Assembly (NCBI GenBank): GCA_946410305.1
Contig: CAMJZV010000017.1
Coordinates: 4,477-68,476 of the forward strand
DNA length: 64,000 nt
Reading direction: 5' to 3'
Source of the DNA: an uncultured Prevotellaceae bacterium
Lineage (GTDB): Bacteria > Bacteroidota > Bacteroidia > Bacteroidales > Bacteroidaceae
In this document: in pieces, positions 1 to 11,619 of the stretch
How the letters are laid out: each line of letters begins with the position of its first letter
Numbering within the stretch: position 1 is the stretch's first letter
The notes under the pieces: generated by a model
The model's input: only the letters and a program-made list of their open reading frames with translations
Told to the model about the DNA's origin: nothing
Databases searched by the model: none
Translations under genes and position numbers: made by a program

Positions 1-828
1 ACAGATGTATTCGAAAGAGCAGCGGCGCTGGTGTGTGAAGTCATACTGCTTGAGCAGCTCTATCGTCTCCTCCAATGGCATCGCCTTCTCAGCAGGCATC
101 AGCTGCAGGCGTTGCTCGTGGAGTGGGGAGTGCATGGAGATGGCTACGTGACAGGGACTTTCGTCAAGGAAGCGCTTTAGCTTGTTGCGAACGCCCACGC
201 TGCTGACCGTAATACGCTTTGGACTCCACTGCCAACCCCAGTCGGCCGTCATGATCTCGGTGACACGCAGTACGGCGTCAAGGTTGTCCATTGGTTCTCC
301 TTGTCCCATGAAGACGATATTCGTCAGCTGGTCTACCTCTGGCAGCGCATATATCTGGTTCAGAATGTCGGCAGCGGTGAGGTTGCCGTGCCATCCCTGC
401 TTACCCGTCTGACAGAACAGGCAATTCATCTTGCAGCCCACCTGACAGGAAACACATAATGTAGCACGATCATGGTCAGGGATGAAGACGGTCTCGACGA
501 AGAGCCCTTCCGTCTTTGCGACTGAATCGCATTGCGCGCCACACTTCGACTCAGAAGTCGAAGAAAGAACAGGGAAGAGGTACTTGATGGTACCATCCTT
601 AGAGCGCTGACAGTCGATGGGAGCCATGGCGCCCACTTCGAAGTGCTCAGACAGCAGTTCCCTGTTGTGCTTCGACAGATTCGTCATCTCGTCGATGCTC
701 TTCACATGCTTCACATACAGCCACTGAGCAACCTGCTTTGCGGTGAAAGCAGGCATGCCAAGACTAGCGACAAGAGCTTTCAACTCTGTCGGAGTCATCC
801 CCAAAAGTCGTTTCTTTTGTGGTATCAT
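1..828 (-). CDS. rlmN: 23S rRNA (adenine(2503)-C2)-methyltransferase, radical SAM (3' end runs off window)
   Basis: Manual minus-strand translation MIPQKKRLLGMT...DGTIKYLF...RATLCVSCQVGCKMNCLFCQTGKQG...NIVFMGQGEPMDN, with CxxxCxxC and MGxGEP motifs; TAACTTTG promoter just upstream of the ATG. Confidence 0.95.
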   Translation of the reverse strand, partial: MIPQKKRLLGMTPTELKALVASLGMPAFTAKQVAQWLYVKHVKSIDEMTNLSKHNRELLSEHFEVGAMAPIDCQRSKDGTIKYLFPVLSSTSESKCGAQCDSVAKTEGLFVETVFIPDHDRATLCVSCQVGCKMNCLFCQTGKQGWHGNLTAADILNQIYALPEVDQLTNIVFMGQGEPMDNLDAVLRVTEIMTADWGWQWSPKRITVSSVGVRNKLKRFLDESPCHVAISMHSPLHEQRLQLMPAEKAMPLEETIELLKQYDFTHQRRCSFEYIC

Positions 829-832
829 GGGT

Positions 833-965
833 GCAAAGTTACTACAAAAAAATGAAAAATGGAAAATGAAAGATGAAAAATGAAAATGAAAGATGAAAAA
901 ATTGCAGCCGTCATACAATAATTCCTAATTCTTAATTATTAATTTCTATTTTTTTTGTATCTTTG
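833..965. promoter_or_regulatory. Divergent Bacteroidetes -7 promoters (TAACTTTG minus, TATCTTTG plus) separated by heptamer arrays
   Basis: caaagtta at about 834-841; tatctttg at 958-965; (AAAATGA/AAGATGA)n at 849-900 and (TAATTCY)n at about 918-945. Confidence 0.75.
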
Positions 966-996
966 CACATCAATAAACGTAAAACAATCAAAATCC

Positions 997-3900
997 ATGA
1001 AACAGAAAACTGATTGCTTCATAGCCTGTCAAGCACTAGATGACGTCATGCCTGTCGTAGAACAGTTGCGTCGTAGTAGGATCGTCAGGCATATATTCCT
1101 ATTGGTAAACAAAGAGCTGGCAGCACAGATGACGCTTCCCAAGGACTGTACATTGCTGGAAACTGACTCCTTGTCAGACACCCGTTTTGTGAGTCTGCTA
1201 GCTGAACATGCGGTGGCCGCTTATGCCTTGTTATGTTTGAAACCTTTTGCCTTGCAACTGGGCGAGTCGGCACTGGAACGTATGATGCTGGTAGCTGGTG
1301 ATACAGAGGCTGCGATGGTTTATAGCGACCGCTATACGGTGGAGCAGGGTGTCCGTAAGGCTCATCCCGTCATCGACTATCAGGAAGGTGCACTGCGTGA
1401 TGATTTCGATTTCGGTAGTGTGTGGCTGGTGCGCACCTCTCTTTTGCATCAGTATGCTGCTGGTGATCACGACCACGATTACCAGTATGCCGCCTTGTAT
1501 GACCTGCGTCTGTTCTTGAGTCGTGAGGGCCGACTGTTGCACCTGAACGAATATCTCTATACAGAGGAAGAGCGCGATCTCCGCGCCTCTGGCGAGAAGC
1601 AGTTTGACTATGTCAATCCACGTAATCGTGAGGTACAGGTAGAGATGGAGCAGGCTTGTACTGCTCATCTGAAGACTGTCAATGCACTGGTAGACACCAG
1701 TTTGTACAACGAGGTGGATTTTGCTGAACAGCAATTTGATGTGGAGGCTTCTGTGGTCATTCCCGTCTTCAACAGGGAGAAGACTATCAAGGATGCCGTA
1801 GAGAGTGCTCTCTCACAGAAGGCGTCTTTCAAATACAATGTTATCGTGGTCGACAACCATTCTACAGACGGTACCTCCGAGATTCTGTCCAGTTTGTTGG
1901 CGTGCCATGAAAACAAACTTCACGTCATAGTGCCAGAACGTACCGACCTGGGTATTGGCGGTTGCTGGAATCAGGCTATCAATAGTCCTTTCTGTGGACG
2001 TTTTGCCGTACAGTTGGATAGTGACGACCTCTACTCGTCGCCCAAGACCCTGCAAACCGTTGTCAATGCTTTCTATGAGCAGAAGGCAGCCATGGTCATT
2101 GGTTCCTATCGCATGTGTGACTTTGACCTGAATACGCTACCTCCTGGACTCATCGATCACAAAGAGTGGACAGATGAGAACGGACCGAACAATGCACTGC
2201 GTATCAACGGGTTGGGCGCTCCTCGTGCTTTCTTTACCCCCTTGTTGCGCCAGGTTCAGTTTCCTAACACCTCATATGGCGAGGACTATGCTTTGGGCTT
2301 GATGTTCTCGCGCCGTTATCGCATTGGTCGCATCTTCTCGGAACTCTACCTCTGCCGTCGTTGGGGTGGCAACTCAGATGCAGCACTGTCTGTAGAGAAG
2401 GTCAATGCCAACAACCTCTACAAGGATCGTCTGCGTACCATGGAGCTACACGCTCGTCAGCAGATGAATCAAGGTGCTGACGATGTGTTGAGTGAATCAG
2501 CACTGATGCGTTTCTTCAATCGACAGTTACAGATTTGGGAGGATGTACGCCAACGCTATCGTGACCTGGAACACGTGGAAACCCGTGAGCTGATGGGCGA
2601 TACACTGACGATGGTGGCGCAGTGGAATCCTGCACGCATCATGTCGACAGGCGCAAAGATTGACGCCAAGTCTATAGCCGAGCGTCCCTGCTTCCTGTGT
2701 GCCAAGAATCGTCCGAAGGAGCAGATGCATCGCACAGTCGATGGGTTGTACGAGCTGCTGGTCAATCCTTTCCCGATTCTGCCCGTACACTTCACCATTC
2801 CTACCTTGCGCCACCGTTCACAACGCATCCTGCCGATGTATGGCGAACTGTTGCAACTGGCACAGCGTAACAGCGACCTTACCTTATTATATAATGGTCC
2901 CCACTGTGGCGCCTCTGCTCCTGACCATGCCCACCTGCAAGCTGTCAGCAGTGGTGTTTTGCCTTTACAACGTGCTTGGCAGCGTTTGAGCCGCAACTTG
3001 ACAGAAGTTGTTAAGTACGATGATGACAATGGCATTTGGCTGTTGGCAGACTATCCTGCTGTTGCCTTTGTCATCAGGAGTCGTGATACAGAGATGGGTG
3101 AGCAGCTTTTCAAGCAGTTGTATAAGTGTCTGCCACCATCTGATGACAATACCGAGCCCATGATGAACATCATTGCATGGAATACGGGTAGTGGCTTGGT
3201 GAGTGTGGTATTGCCTCGTCGTAAGCATCGTCCCGCTTGCTATACTGCTGAGGGTGACGCACAGTATATCATCAGTCCTGGTGCGGTGGATATGGGTGGA
3301 CTCATCATTACCCCTCGTGAGCAGGACTTCCGTCGTCTCACGCCAGAGCTCATTCTCGATATCTATCGTGAGTTGACCATTACTCCAGAGCAGGTGCAGG
3401 AGGTTAATAAAAAACTCCAGTCCTCACCACTCACCACTCATCTCTCACCTCTCGCCATGAAGAGTCAGCCCAATGTTACGGTGGGTATCGTCAGTGCTCA
3501 GAAGATACACTTCTCACTGAATAGCGCCTATGTTGCCAAGGGTGAAGTCATCCAGGGCGACCAGACCGTAGAGTTCTCTGAGGGTGGTATCCTTTGGAAT
3601 GGCAACCAGTATCGCTCATTGACCTTTACCCCCCAGTCTGCGCAGTCATCGTTCTCATTGTATGATGTGACTATTGGCGTCAACTTCCATTGGGAGCGCA
3701 AGGAGACTCAGGTGTTCTTGGGTACGCTACGCTTAGTCGTAGAGTCCGATAAGATTACCGCTATCAACGAACTTCCTGTAGAGAGCTATCTTGCTTCTGT
3801 TATCTCCAGTGAGATGAAGGCTACGGCAGGTCTGGAGTTGCTGAAGGCACATGCCGTTATCAGTCGTTCATGGCTGTTGGCACAGATGCGACGCCGTGAG

Positions 3901-4677
3901 GAGAATAAGGAACAAAAGAACGGCTTCTTCTCGTTTATCAAGAAAGACGACGAACTCATTCGCTGGTACGACCGCGAAGACCATACCATCTTTGACGTCT
4001 GTGCTGACGACCACTGTCAGCGCTATCAGGGCATTACCAAGCAGACCAGCAAGAATGTGGAGCAGGCACTGCGTGCTACGCGTGGACAGATACTGTGCTA
4101 TGGCGATGACATCTGCGACGCCCGCTTCTCGAAGTGCTGTGGTGGTGTCACTGAGGAGTTCCAGTACTGTTGGGAGGATACCCCCAAGCCGTATCTCATC
4201 AGTGTGGAAGACCCGTTCTGCAATACTGACGACAAGGCTGTACTCTCACAGGTGCTCAACGACTACGACCAGGAGACCAACGACTTCTATCGCTGGACAG
4301 TAGAATACACAGCGGATGAGCTTTCTCAGCTCGTCAACGAGAAGCTCAAGGACGACTTCGGCACCATTACCGACCTCATCCCCTTGGAGCGTGGCAAGAG
4401 CGGTCGCATCTGGAAGCTGAAGATTGTGGGCACCAAGAAGACCTTCACCATTGGTAAGGAACTGGAGATACGTCGTGCGCTCAGCGAGAGCCACCTCTAT
4501 AGCTCTGCCTTCGACGTAGAGAAGACGGAGAAGGGCTTCCGCCTGCATGGTATGGGCTGGGGTCATGGCGTCGGTCTCTGCCAGATTGGTGCCGCGGTCA
4601 TGGGACAGCAGGGCTACCGCTACGATGAAATCCTGTTACACTACTATCGTAACGCAGAAATCAAGAAAATCTATTGA
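997..4677 (+). CDS. Fusion protein: GT2 glycosyltransferase + DUF4922 (HIT-like, HxHxQ) + SpoIID/LytB domain
   Basis: [10 protein letters not shown]...VVDNHSTDG...QLDSDD (GT2); RPCFLC...LVNPFPI...[12 protein letters not shown] (DUF4922); [12 protein letters not shown]...[10 protein letters not shown]...CQRYQG...[11 protein letters not shown] (SpoIID). ATG 997 preferred because it lies downstream of the promoter. Confidence 0.85.
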   Translation: MKQKTDCFIACQALDDVMPVVEQLRRSRIVRHIFLLVNKELAAQMTLPKDCTLLETDSLSDTRFVSLLAEHAVAAYALLCLKPFALQLGESALERMMLVAGDTEAAMVYSDRYTVEQGVRKAHPVIDYQEGALRDDFDFGSVWLVRTSLLHQYAAGDHDHDYQYAALYDLRLFLSREGRLLHLNEYLYTEEERDLRASGEKQFDYVNPRNREVQVEMEQACTAHLKTVNALVDTSLYNEVDFAEQQFDVEASVVIPVFNREKTIKDAVESALSQKASFKYNVIVVDNHSTDGTSEILSSLLACHENKLHVIVPERTDLGIGGCWNQAINSPFCGRFAVQLDSDDLYSSPKTLQTVVNAFYEQKAAMVIGSYRMCDFDLNTLPPGLIDHKEWTDENGPNNALRINGLGAPRAFFTPLLRQVQFPNTSYGEDYALGLMFSRRYRIGRIFSELYLCRRWGGNSDAALSVEKVNANNLYKDRLRTMELHARQQMNQGADDVLSESALMRFFNRQLQIWEDVRQRYRDLEHVETRELMGDTLTMVAQWNPARIMSTGAKIDAKSIAERPCFLCAKNRPKEQMHRTVDGLYELLVNPFPILPVHFTIPTLRHRSQRILPMYGELLQLAQRNSDLTLLYNGPHCGASAPDHAHLQAVSSGVLPLQRAWQRLSRNLTEVVKYDDDNGIWLLADYPAVAFVIRSRDTEMGEQLFKQLYKCLPPSDDNTEPMMNIIAWNTGSGLVSVVLPRRKHRPACYTAEGDAQYIISPGAVDMGGLIITPREQDFRRLTPELILDIYRELTITPEQVQEVNKKLQSSPLTTHLSPLAMKSQPNVTVGIVSAQKIHFSLNSAYVAKGEVIQGDQTVEFSEGGILWNGNQYRSLTFTPQSAQSSFSLYDVTIGVNFHWERKETQVFLGTLRLVVESDKITAINELPVESYLASVISSEMKATAGLELLKAHAVISRSWLLAQMRRREENKEQKNGFFSFIKKDDELIRWYDREDHTIFDVCADDHCQRYQGITKQTSKNVEQALRATRGQILCYGDDICDARFSKCCGGVTEEFQYCWEDTPKPYLISVEDPFCNTDDKAVLSQVLNDYDQETNDFYRWTVEYTADELSQLVNEKLKDDFGTITDLIPLERGKSGRIWKLKIVGTKKTFTIGKELEIRRALSESHLYSSAFDVEKTEKGFRLHGMGWGHGVGLCQIGAAVMGQQGYRYDEILLHYYRNAEIKKIY

Positions 4678-5975
4678 TGATGGAACAGATACAAAAGAGA
4701 AATCCATGGTGGTGGATTCCCACCTTGTATATTGGAGAAGGACTGCCTAACGTCGTCGTTATGACGGTGGCAGTGGTGATGTATATGCAGCTGGGCATGA
4801 GCGATACAGACATCGCTCTGTATACTGGTTGGCTTGGACTGCCATGGGTGGTGAAACCACTGTGGAGCCCGTTTGTCGACCTCTATAAGACCAAGCGCTG
4901 GTGGGTGCTTACCATGCAGATGCTGCTAGGCTCGTCGCTGGCTGGCGTGGCTTTCACACTGAATACGCCGTTCTGGTTTCAGGGCACCATGAGTTTTTTC
5001 TTCCTCATGGCATTCAGCAGTGCTACTCACGACATCGCAGCAGACGGTTACTACATGCTCGAACTCGACGACCACCAGCAGGTGTGGTTTGTGGGCATCC
5101 GCAACACGTTCTATCGCTTGGCAGTTATCTTCGGCAATGGTGTACTCATCCCCGTGGCAGGCATGCTGCAGCTGGTATTCCGCAATCAGAAAGCCTTTAC
5201 GTGGAGTCTCGTATTCTACGGACTGGTAGCACTCTTCCTGGCCATCTGGCTCTACCATGCCTATATCATGCCCCGTTCAAAGGCTGACCAACGCCATGGC
5301 ACCAATGCCCGTGAGGTGGCAACGGGTATTGTGACGGCTTTCCGTACCTTCTTTCAGAAGCTGCCTTCCCGTGAGATGCTCTTTGCCATGCTCTTCCTGC
5401 TGTTCTATCGCTTCCCAGAGGCTTTGTTGGGAAAGATGAGTGTGACCTTCTTGATGCGTCCCCATTCATCGGGTGGTCTGGGCTTGTCGCCTCAGGAGTT
5501 TGGCCTTGCCAGTGGTACCATTGGTGTGATAGGACTGACGCTTGGTGGCATCCTCGGTGGACTGTTGGCAGGGCGTGATGGTTTCAAGCGCTGGCTGTGG
5601 CCTATGGTGTGTGCTATCACGCTGCCCGATATTGTCTATGTCTATATGAGCTATGCTATGCCTGACAATCTGGTACTCATCAGCACGTGCATCTTTATCG
5701 AACAGTTTGGCTACGGACTGGGCTTTACGGCACTGACGCTCTATATGCTCTACTTCGCGAAGGGCAGTTTCCAGACGTCACACTATGCCTTCTGCACCGC
5801 CATCTCTTATCTGGGACTCATGCTGCCAGGCATGTTGTCTGGATGGATGAAGGATATGCTGGGTTATCGTATGTTCTTTATCGTCGTCATGTTCCTCTGC
5901 TTGATTACGTTTGCTGTGACGGCATTCATCAAGGTCGATCCGGAATTCGGTAAGAAAGTAGAGAGTGAGGAGTAA
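4674..5975 (+). CDS. MFS transporter, AmpG-like (muropeptide/acetyl-CoA transporter family)
   Basis: [14 protein letters not shown] and [10 protein letters not shown] motifs, about 12 TM segments, overlaps the upstream stop. Confidence 0.85.
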   Translation: MMMEQIQKRNPWWWIPTLYIGEGLPNVVVMTVAVVMYMQLGMSDTDIALYTGWLGLPWVVKPLWSPFVDLYKTKRWWVLTMQMLLGSSLAGVAFTLNTPFWFQGTMSFFFLMAFSSATHDIAADGYYMLELDDHQQVWFVGIRNTFYRLAVIFGNGVLIPVAGMLQLVFRNQKAFTWSLVFYGLVALFLAIWLYHAYIMPRSKADQRHGTNAREVATGIVTAFRTFFQKLPSREMLFAMLFLLFYRFPEALLGKMSVTFLMRPHSSGGLGLSPQEFGLASGTIGVIGLTLGGILGGLLAGRDGFKRWLWPMVCAITLPDIVYVYMSYAMPDNLVLISTCIFIEQFGYGLGFTALTLYMLYFAKGSFQTSHYAFCTAISYLGLMLPGMLSGWMKDMLGYRMFFIVVMFLCLITFAVTAFIKVDPEFGKKVESEE

Positions 5976-5994
5976 TCCGCTTAATCAGTGACTA

Positions 5995-6090
5995 ACAAAA
6001 TGAAGCGGCAATGGTTTCACAACCGTGCCGCTTTTTCTATCAATGTTAGTATTAATAATGGAAAAGAAATCGTATTTTCTTGTTTTGATG
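5995..6090 (-). ncRNA. Candidate sRNA, about 95 nt
   Basis: Minus-strand TATCTTTA -7-like box at 6094-6101, no ORF, ends in a hairpin with a GUGA(A) loop. Confidence 0.35.
6003..6036. terminator. Intrinsic terminator hairpin, probably bidirectional
   Basis: aagcggca-atggtttcacaacc-gtgccgctt followed by a T-run. Confidence 0.7.
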
Positions 6091-6292
6091 TGGTAAAGAT
6101 ACGGCTTTTTTTTGAAATGACAATGGTTTTTTCCCAAAAAATGTGTTTTTTAGGGTAAAATACCCGTTTTCCTATCCCATTTTAGGTATTTCCCTACCTA
6201 TAAATAGGATTTTTGCCTTGTTTGACATGTATAAATGCTCTATCTTTGCAGTACAGAAAACAACAATGTCGAACTCTTTAAAAATTACGACT

Positions 6293-6820
6293 ATGAAAAA
6301 GATTTATACTTTCCTCGCAATGGCAATGATAACCATGATGACGATGACCAGCTGTGACGCTGATTTGGAAGATCGCATAGAGGCACGCACCCTTGAAGGC
6401 ACATGGACCGGATATATTGATAACTACTATTACGATCGTTGGGGCCTGTCAGGAAGCGACTACCGTACCGCTTTCTACTTTGAGCGCGAGAACGCCTACG
6501 GTGGTTGGGGATATGAAGTAGACTACGACGCTCGCCGTCCGTCAGACTACTGGTACTGTGATTTCAAATGGGAGGTTGTTCGTGGCAATATCCGCATACA
6601 GTACTACGATCGCGACTATACCGATGTTATCATCTACGACTACATGTTGGACGACTACCACTTCAGTGGTGAGATGGACGATGGCTACTGCGACACGCGT
6701 ACCTATTTCTCTCTCGACTACGACAAGATGTTCAACTGGAACTACTGGACGACACGCGGCATCACTCGCGGAGCCAGTGACGAGTATCACGCAACGAGCA
6801 CAGGATGCTTCGCAAAATAA
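6293..6820 (+). CDS. Hypothetical lipoprotein (Tyr/Asp-rich, lipocalin-like LEGTWTG)
   Basis: MKKIYTFLAMAMITMMTMTSC lipobox; TATCTTTG promoter at 6241. Confidence 0.75.
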   Translation: MKKIYTFLAMAMITMMTMTSCDADLEDRIEARTLEGTWTGYIDNYYYDRWGLSGSDYRTAFYFERENAYGGWGYEVDYDARRPSDYWYCDFKWEVVRGNIRIQYYDRDYTDVIIYDYMLDDYHFSGEMDDGYCDTRTYFSLDYDKMFNWNYWTTRGITRGASDEYHATSTGCFAK

Positions 6821-6918
6821 ATTAAAGATTAAAAATGAAAAATGAAAGATTAAGATGTTTAGATTATAAAATGTAATCATTCTCCCATCTTAATCTTTCA
6901 TTTTTCATTTTTCATCTT
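6819..6918. repeat. Inverted pair of heptamer arrays forming a 33-bp stem (1 mismatch) between convergent genes
   Basis: 6825-6857 aagattaaaaatgaaaaatgaaagattaagatg pairs with 6886-6918 catcttaatctttcatttttcatttttcatctt. Confidence 0.9.
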
Positions 6919-6919
6919 C

Positions 6920-7828
6920 TTATATTCCCAATCCTCCTTCGTAGGATGCGTCGACTGCTTTCGACTGCAGGATGCGTGAGTTGGGCGGTACGCTGTGTGT
7001 CAGCCAGATGTTACCACCGATGGTAGAGTGGTGGCCAATGGTGATACGTCCCAGTACAGAGGCATTGGAATAGATGGTGACATAGTCCTCGATAATCGGG
7101 TGGCGAGGCACGTTGAGCATGTTACCATCAGCATCGTACTTAAAGCTCTTGGCACCCAGCGTAACACCTTGATACAGCGTGACGTGGTTACCAATGATGC
7201 TCGTTTCACCAATCACGACGCCCGTACCGTGGTCAATGGCGAAATACTCACCAATGGTGGCTCCTGGGTGGATGTCGATACCCGTCTTTGAGTGGGCCTG
7301 TTCCGTGATGATACGCGGAATGACAGGTACCTTCAACTCGTGCAGGCGGTGGGCAATGCGGTAGTGTGTCATGGCATTGACTACAGGGTAGCAGAAGATA
7401 ACCTCACCGTAGTTCGGAGCAGCTGGGTCATTGTCGAACATCGCCTGGATGTCTGTGTAGAGCACACGCTTCAACTCAGGCAGCGTATCGATGAACTCCA
7501 TCGTCAGTCGCCCTGCTTCCTCATAGACCTGCTCTTTGGTCTTGATGCAGTCACAGTCTTCACAAAATTGCAGTCCGTGGGCTATCTCTTTAAGGAGCAG
7601 ACGCTGCAGTTCCTGCATGTGTACACCGATGTTGTACGAGCGGATGGTCTCATCGGGCTGTCGCTTGTTGAAATAGTCGGGGAAGATGATATTCTTCACC
7701 AACGCAACTATCTGTTTAACCTTTTCTACCGATGGCAATGGGGCTATCGTCTTCGGCATCATGCGTACCTCCGGCTCTGTATGACGAGAGAGAAGGTCAA
7801 CATTCTTCAGTAGGATATCGTTGTTCAT
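6920..7828 (-). CDS. cysE: Serine O-acetyltransferase
   Basis: DPAA...TGIDIHPGATIGEYFAIDHGTGVVIGET...YQGVTLG...RHPII hexapeptide domain. Confidence 0.92.
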   Translation of the reverse strand: MNNDILLKNVDLLSRHTEPEVRMMPKTIAPLPSVEKVKQIVALVKNIIFPDYFNKRQPDETIRSYNIGVHMQELQRLLLKEIAHGLQFCEDCDCIKTKEQVYEEAGRLTMEFIDTLPELKRVLYTDIQAMFDNDPAAPNYGEVIFCYPVVNAMTHYRIAHRLHELKVPVIPRIITEQAHSKTGIDIHPGATIGEYFAIDHGTGVVIGETSIIGNHVTLYQGVTLGAKSFKYDADGNMLNVPRHPIIEDYVTIYSNASVLGRITIGHHSTIGGNIWLTHSVPPNSRILQSKAVDASYEGGLGI

Positions 7829-7834
7829 ATTTAA

Positions 7835-8545
7835 TTACGATAGTGTGTGTGAGTCGAAATACTGCTGTACATCCTCCTTGTAGCTGTCCGAGATGGGCAG
7901 ATACTGGTCACCGAAGACGATACGGAAGCGGTCAATGGCTTCAGCCCTCGACATGTGGACGATGTACGAGCGGTGGGTACGCAGGAATTCGGGACGTGGC
8001 AGATAGTCCTCCATCTTCTTCATGTTCATCAGACTCATAATCTTCTGTCCGTCCTGCAGATAGATGCGGATATAGTCCTTCAGTCCTTCGACATACAGGA
8101 TGTCGTCCAGTGCCACACGCACCAGTTTGTAGTCACTCTTCACGTACATGAAGCGGTCGGCTGCGTAGGTCTGCTTCTTCTGGGTGATGCAGAACCAGTC
8201 AAGGGCCTTGTTGGCAGCCTTCAGGAAGTCCTCATAGCTGACGGGCTTCATCAGATAGTCCAAAGCAGCCACCTTATAACCCTCGATAGCATACTGCTTG
8301 AAGGCAGTGGTGAAGATTATCTTCGTTTCTTTGGGCAGTATCTTTGCGAACTCGATGCCAGACAGTTCAGGCATCTGGATGTCGAGGAAGAGCAGGTGTG
8401 CAGGATTGTTGCGTAGCTCTTTCATGGCTTCTACGGCGCTACCATAGGTGCCGATGAGGTTCAAGAATGGTGTCTTTTCTGCGTAGCTCTTCAACAGACC
8501 AGCTGCTAAAGGCTCGTCATCAATAATGGCGCAGTTGATAATCAT
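7835..8545 (-). CDS. LytTR-family response regulator
   Basis: IIDDEPLA...LFLDIQMP receiver domain; FLRTHRSYIV LytTR domain. Confidence 0.95.
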   Translation of the reverse strand: MIINCAIIDDEPLAAGLLKSYAEKTPFLNLIGTYGSAVEAMKELRNNPAHLLFLDIQMPELSGIEFAKILPKETKIIFTTAFKQYAIEGYKVAALDYLMKPVSYEDFLKAANKALDWFCITQKKQTYAADRFMYVKSDYKLVRVALDDILYVEGLKDYIRIYLQDGQKIMSLMNMKKMEDYLPRPEFLRTHRSYIVHMSRAEAIDRFRIVFGDQYLPISDSYKEDVQQYFDSHTLS

Positions 8546-9595
8546 AATTGTATGGTTATTGTTGAATAATAAACTGTATTGTCCTCTTTAGTACCTTGCT
8601 GCCATGTGTAATGGTCAGGGTAGGCCAGTTCCAGTCGGCGCTGTACTTGCTGTAGTCCGATGCCGTGTCCGCTGTGGTCAGACTCCGTCTTCGGATGGTT
8701 CGAATTCTGGATGTCACAGTGGATGAAATGCTTGTCAGCGCTGATGCTGATGCGGATGAATGAGGGGCCTGTGGGGCTGATGCCGTGCTTGAAAGCATTC
8801 TCCACCAGCGAGATGAAGATCATCGGAGCAATCTGCACGTTGCTGTCCTGGATTTCGGAGGTGAAGGTTACATTCACCGTTTCTGGCAGTCGGATGCGCA
8901 TTAGCTTGACATAGTTCTCCAGAAATTCTATCTCGTCATTGAGTGGTACAGTGGGCTGCTGATAGTCGTACAGAATGTGGCGTAGCATCTTCGACAGCTC
9001 CTGTATGGTCTCCTGTGCCTTGGCGGTGTCAAAGGCCGTCAGCGCATAGATGTTGTTCAGCGTATTCAGCAGGAAGTGCGGATTGATCTGGTTACGCAGA
9101 TTGCGCAATTCAGCCTGTGCACGGGCTGCTTCCAACTCTTTCAGACTCTGGTCTGCAGTAACCCAGCGGCGTGCCAATGCCAGTGCCGTAGCACCTGCTG
9201 CAAAGACGGCCAGGTTGAGGCTGTCTCTCAGAATATAGGCTGCGGTACCCAGCGTATCGTCGTATCTCCTGTTCATATAGGGCATGTAGATGTCGTTAGC
9301 CCAATCCATCCAGTAGTGCAGGAATGTTCCTAACGAGGAGATGAGTGCGATGTTGATCAGCAGGTCATAACGGTGTTTGCCAGAGACAAAGAACTTCGGT
9401 GCCAGATACAGGTAGTTCAGATAGAACACAATCATGAGCAGCAGTGGCTGCATGGAGATCATCAGGTAGTGGGGTAGGGTGATACCCGTTCCTCTCCAGA
9501 ACGTCATGGGTGACAGGAACATATACGCCCACAGCGTCATATGGCAAGCACCAGCTACGTGCTTGTTGATGGAGAACTTGAAATTATACCTTTCT

Positions 9596-9603
<8 letters not shown>
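8542..9603 (-). CDS. LytS-type sensor histidine kinase
   Basis: LRNQINPHFLLNTLNNI, LVENAFKHG, GHGIGL; N-terminal TM segments. Confidence 0.93.
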
Positions 9604-10810
<1,207 letters not shown>

Positions 10811-10823
10811 ATTTTATTCTTTC

Positions 10824-11591
10824 TTAATCATCCACAGGCTTGGGCAGTGCAGCCAGGGCTTCCGCTGCCGATTTGATGTTCTGATTGACGGTGTCCTCGC
10901 GAATCTTGCCGTCGCGCAGGTTGATGTTACGACTGGCATACTCTGCGATTTCCGGGTTGTGGGTCACGAAGATGATGGTGTGGCCCTGACGGTGCAACTC
11001 CTGGAACAGCACCAGCATCTCGAACGATGTGCGTGTGTCCAGGTTACCTGTGGCCTCGTCAGCCAGCAGTACGGCAGGGTCGTTGACCAGCGCACGGGCA
11101 ATGGCTACACGCTGCATCTGTCCTCCCGACATCTGGTTCGACTTGTGGTACAGACGGTCGCCCAGTCCTACAGCCTCCAACGCCTTTATGGCACGCTGGT
11201 GGCGCTCTTCAGCAGATACTGCCGAGTTGTACATCAGTGGCAGTTCCACATTCTCTACCGCTGTGGTCTTCGCCAGCAGGTTATAGTTCTGGAACACGAA
11301 GCCGATTTTCCTGTTTCTCAGGTGGGCACGCTGCGTCTTTGACATGGTTCGCACAGAGATGCCGTCCAGGAAGTATTCGCCACTGGTGGGTGTGTCCAGG
11401 CAGCCCAGCTGGTTCAGCAGCGTAGACTTTCCTGAGCCTGACGTACCCTGAATGGTGACGAACTCGCCCTCATAAATCTTGAACGAGACACCCCTCAGCG
11501 CCTTCACCGTCTCACTACCTACCTGAAAGTAGCGCTTCACGTTCTGCAGCTCAATGACTACTTTTCTATTATCATCCATTTCACTATTCAC
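10824..11591 (-). CDS. ABC transporter ATP-binding protein (MacB/LolD type)
   Basis: [34 protein letters not shown]; the true start may be the ATG at about 11579. Confidence 0.95.
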   Translation of the reverse strand: MNSEMDDNRKVVIELQNVKRYFQVGSETVKALRGVSFKIYEGEFVTIQGTSGSGKSTLLNQLGCLDTPTSGEYFLDGISVRTMSKTQRAHLRNRKIGFVFQNYNLLAKTTAVENVELPLMYNSAVSAEERHQRAIKALEAVGLGDRLYHKSNQMSGGQMQRVAIARALVNDPAVLLADEATGNLDTRTSFEMLVLFQELHRQGHTIIFVTHNPEIAEYASRNINLRDGKIREDTVNQNIKSAAEALAALPKPVDD

Positions 11592-11619
11592 TATTCGTTA
11601 TTAACTAGCGAATGCGCTC

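Noticed and set aside
955-996. Upstream extensions in the ORF track (955, 6143, 21158, 26850, 31907, 35009, 36489, 38922, 42941)
   Set aside because: They run through -7 promoter boxes, repeats or neighbouring genes; downstream ATGs fit better
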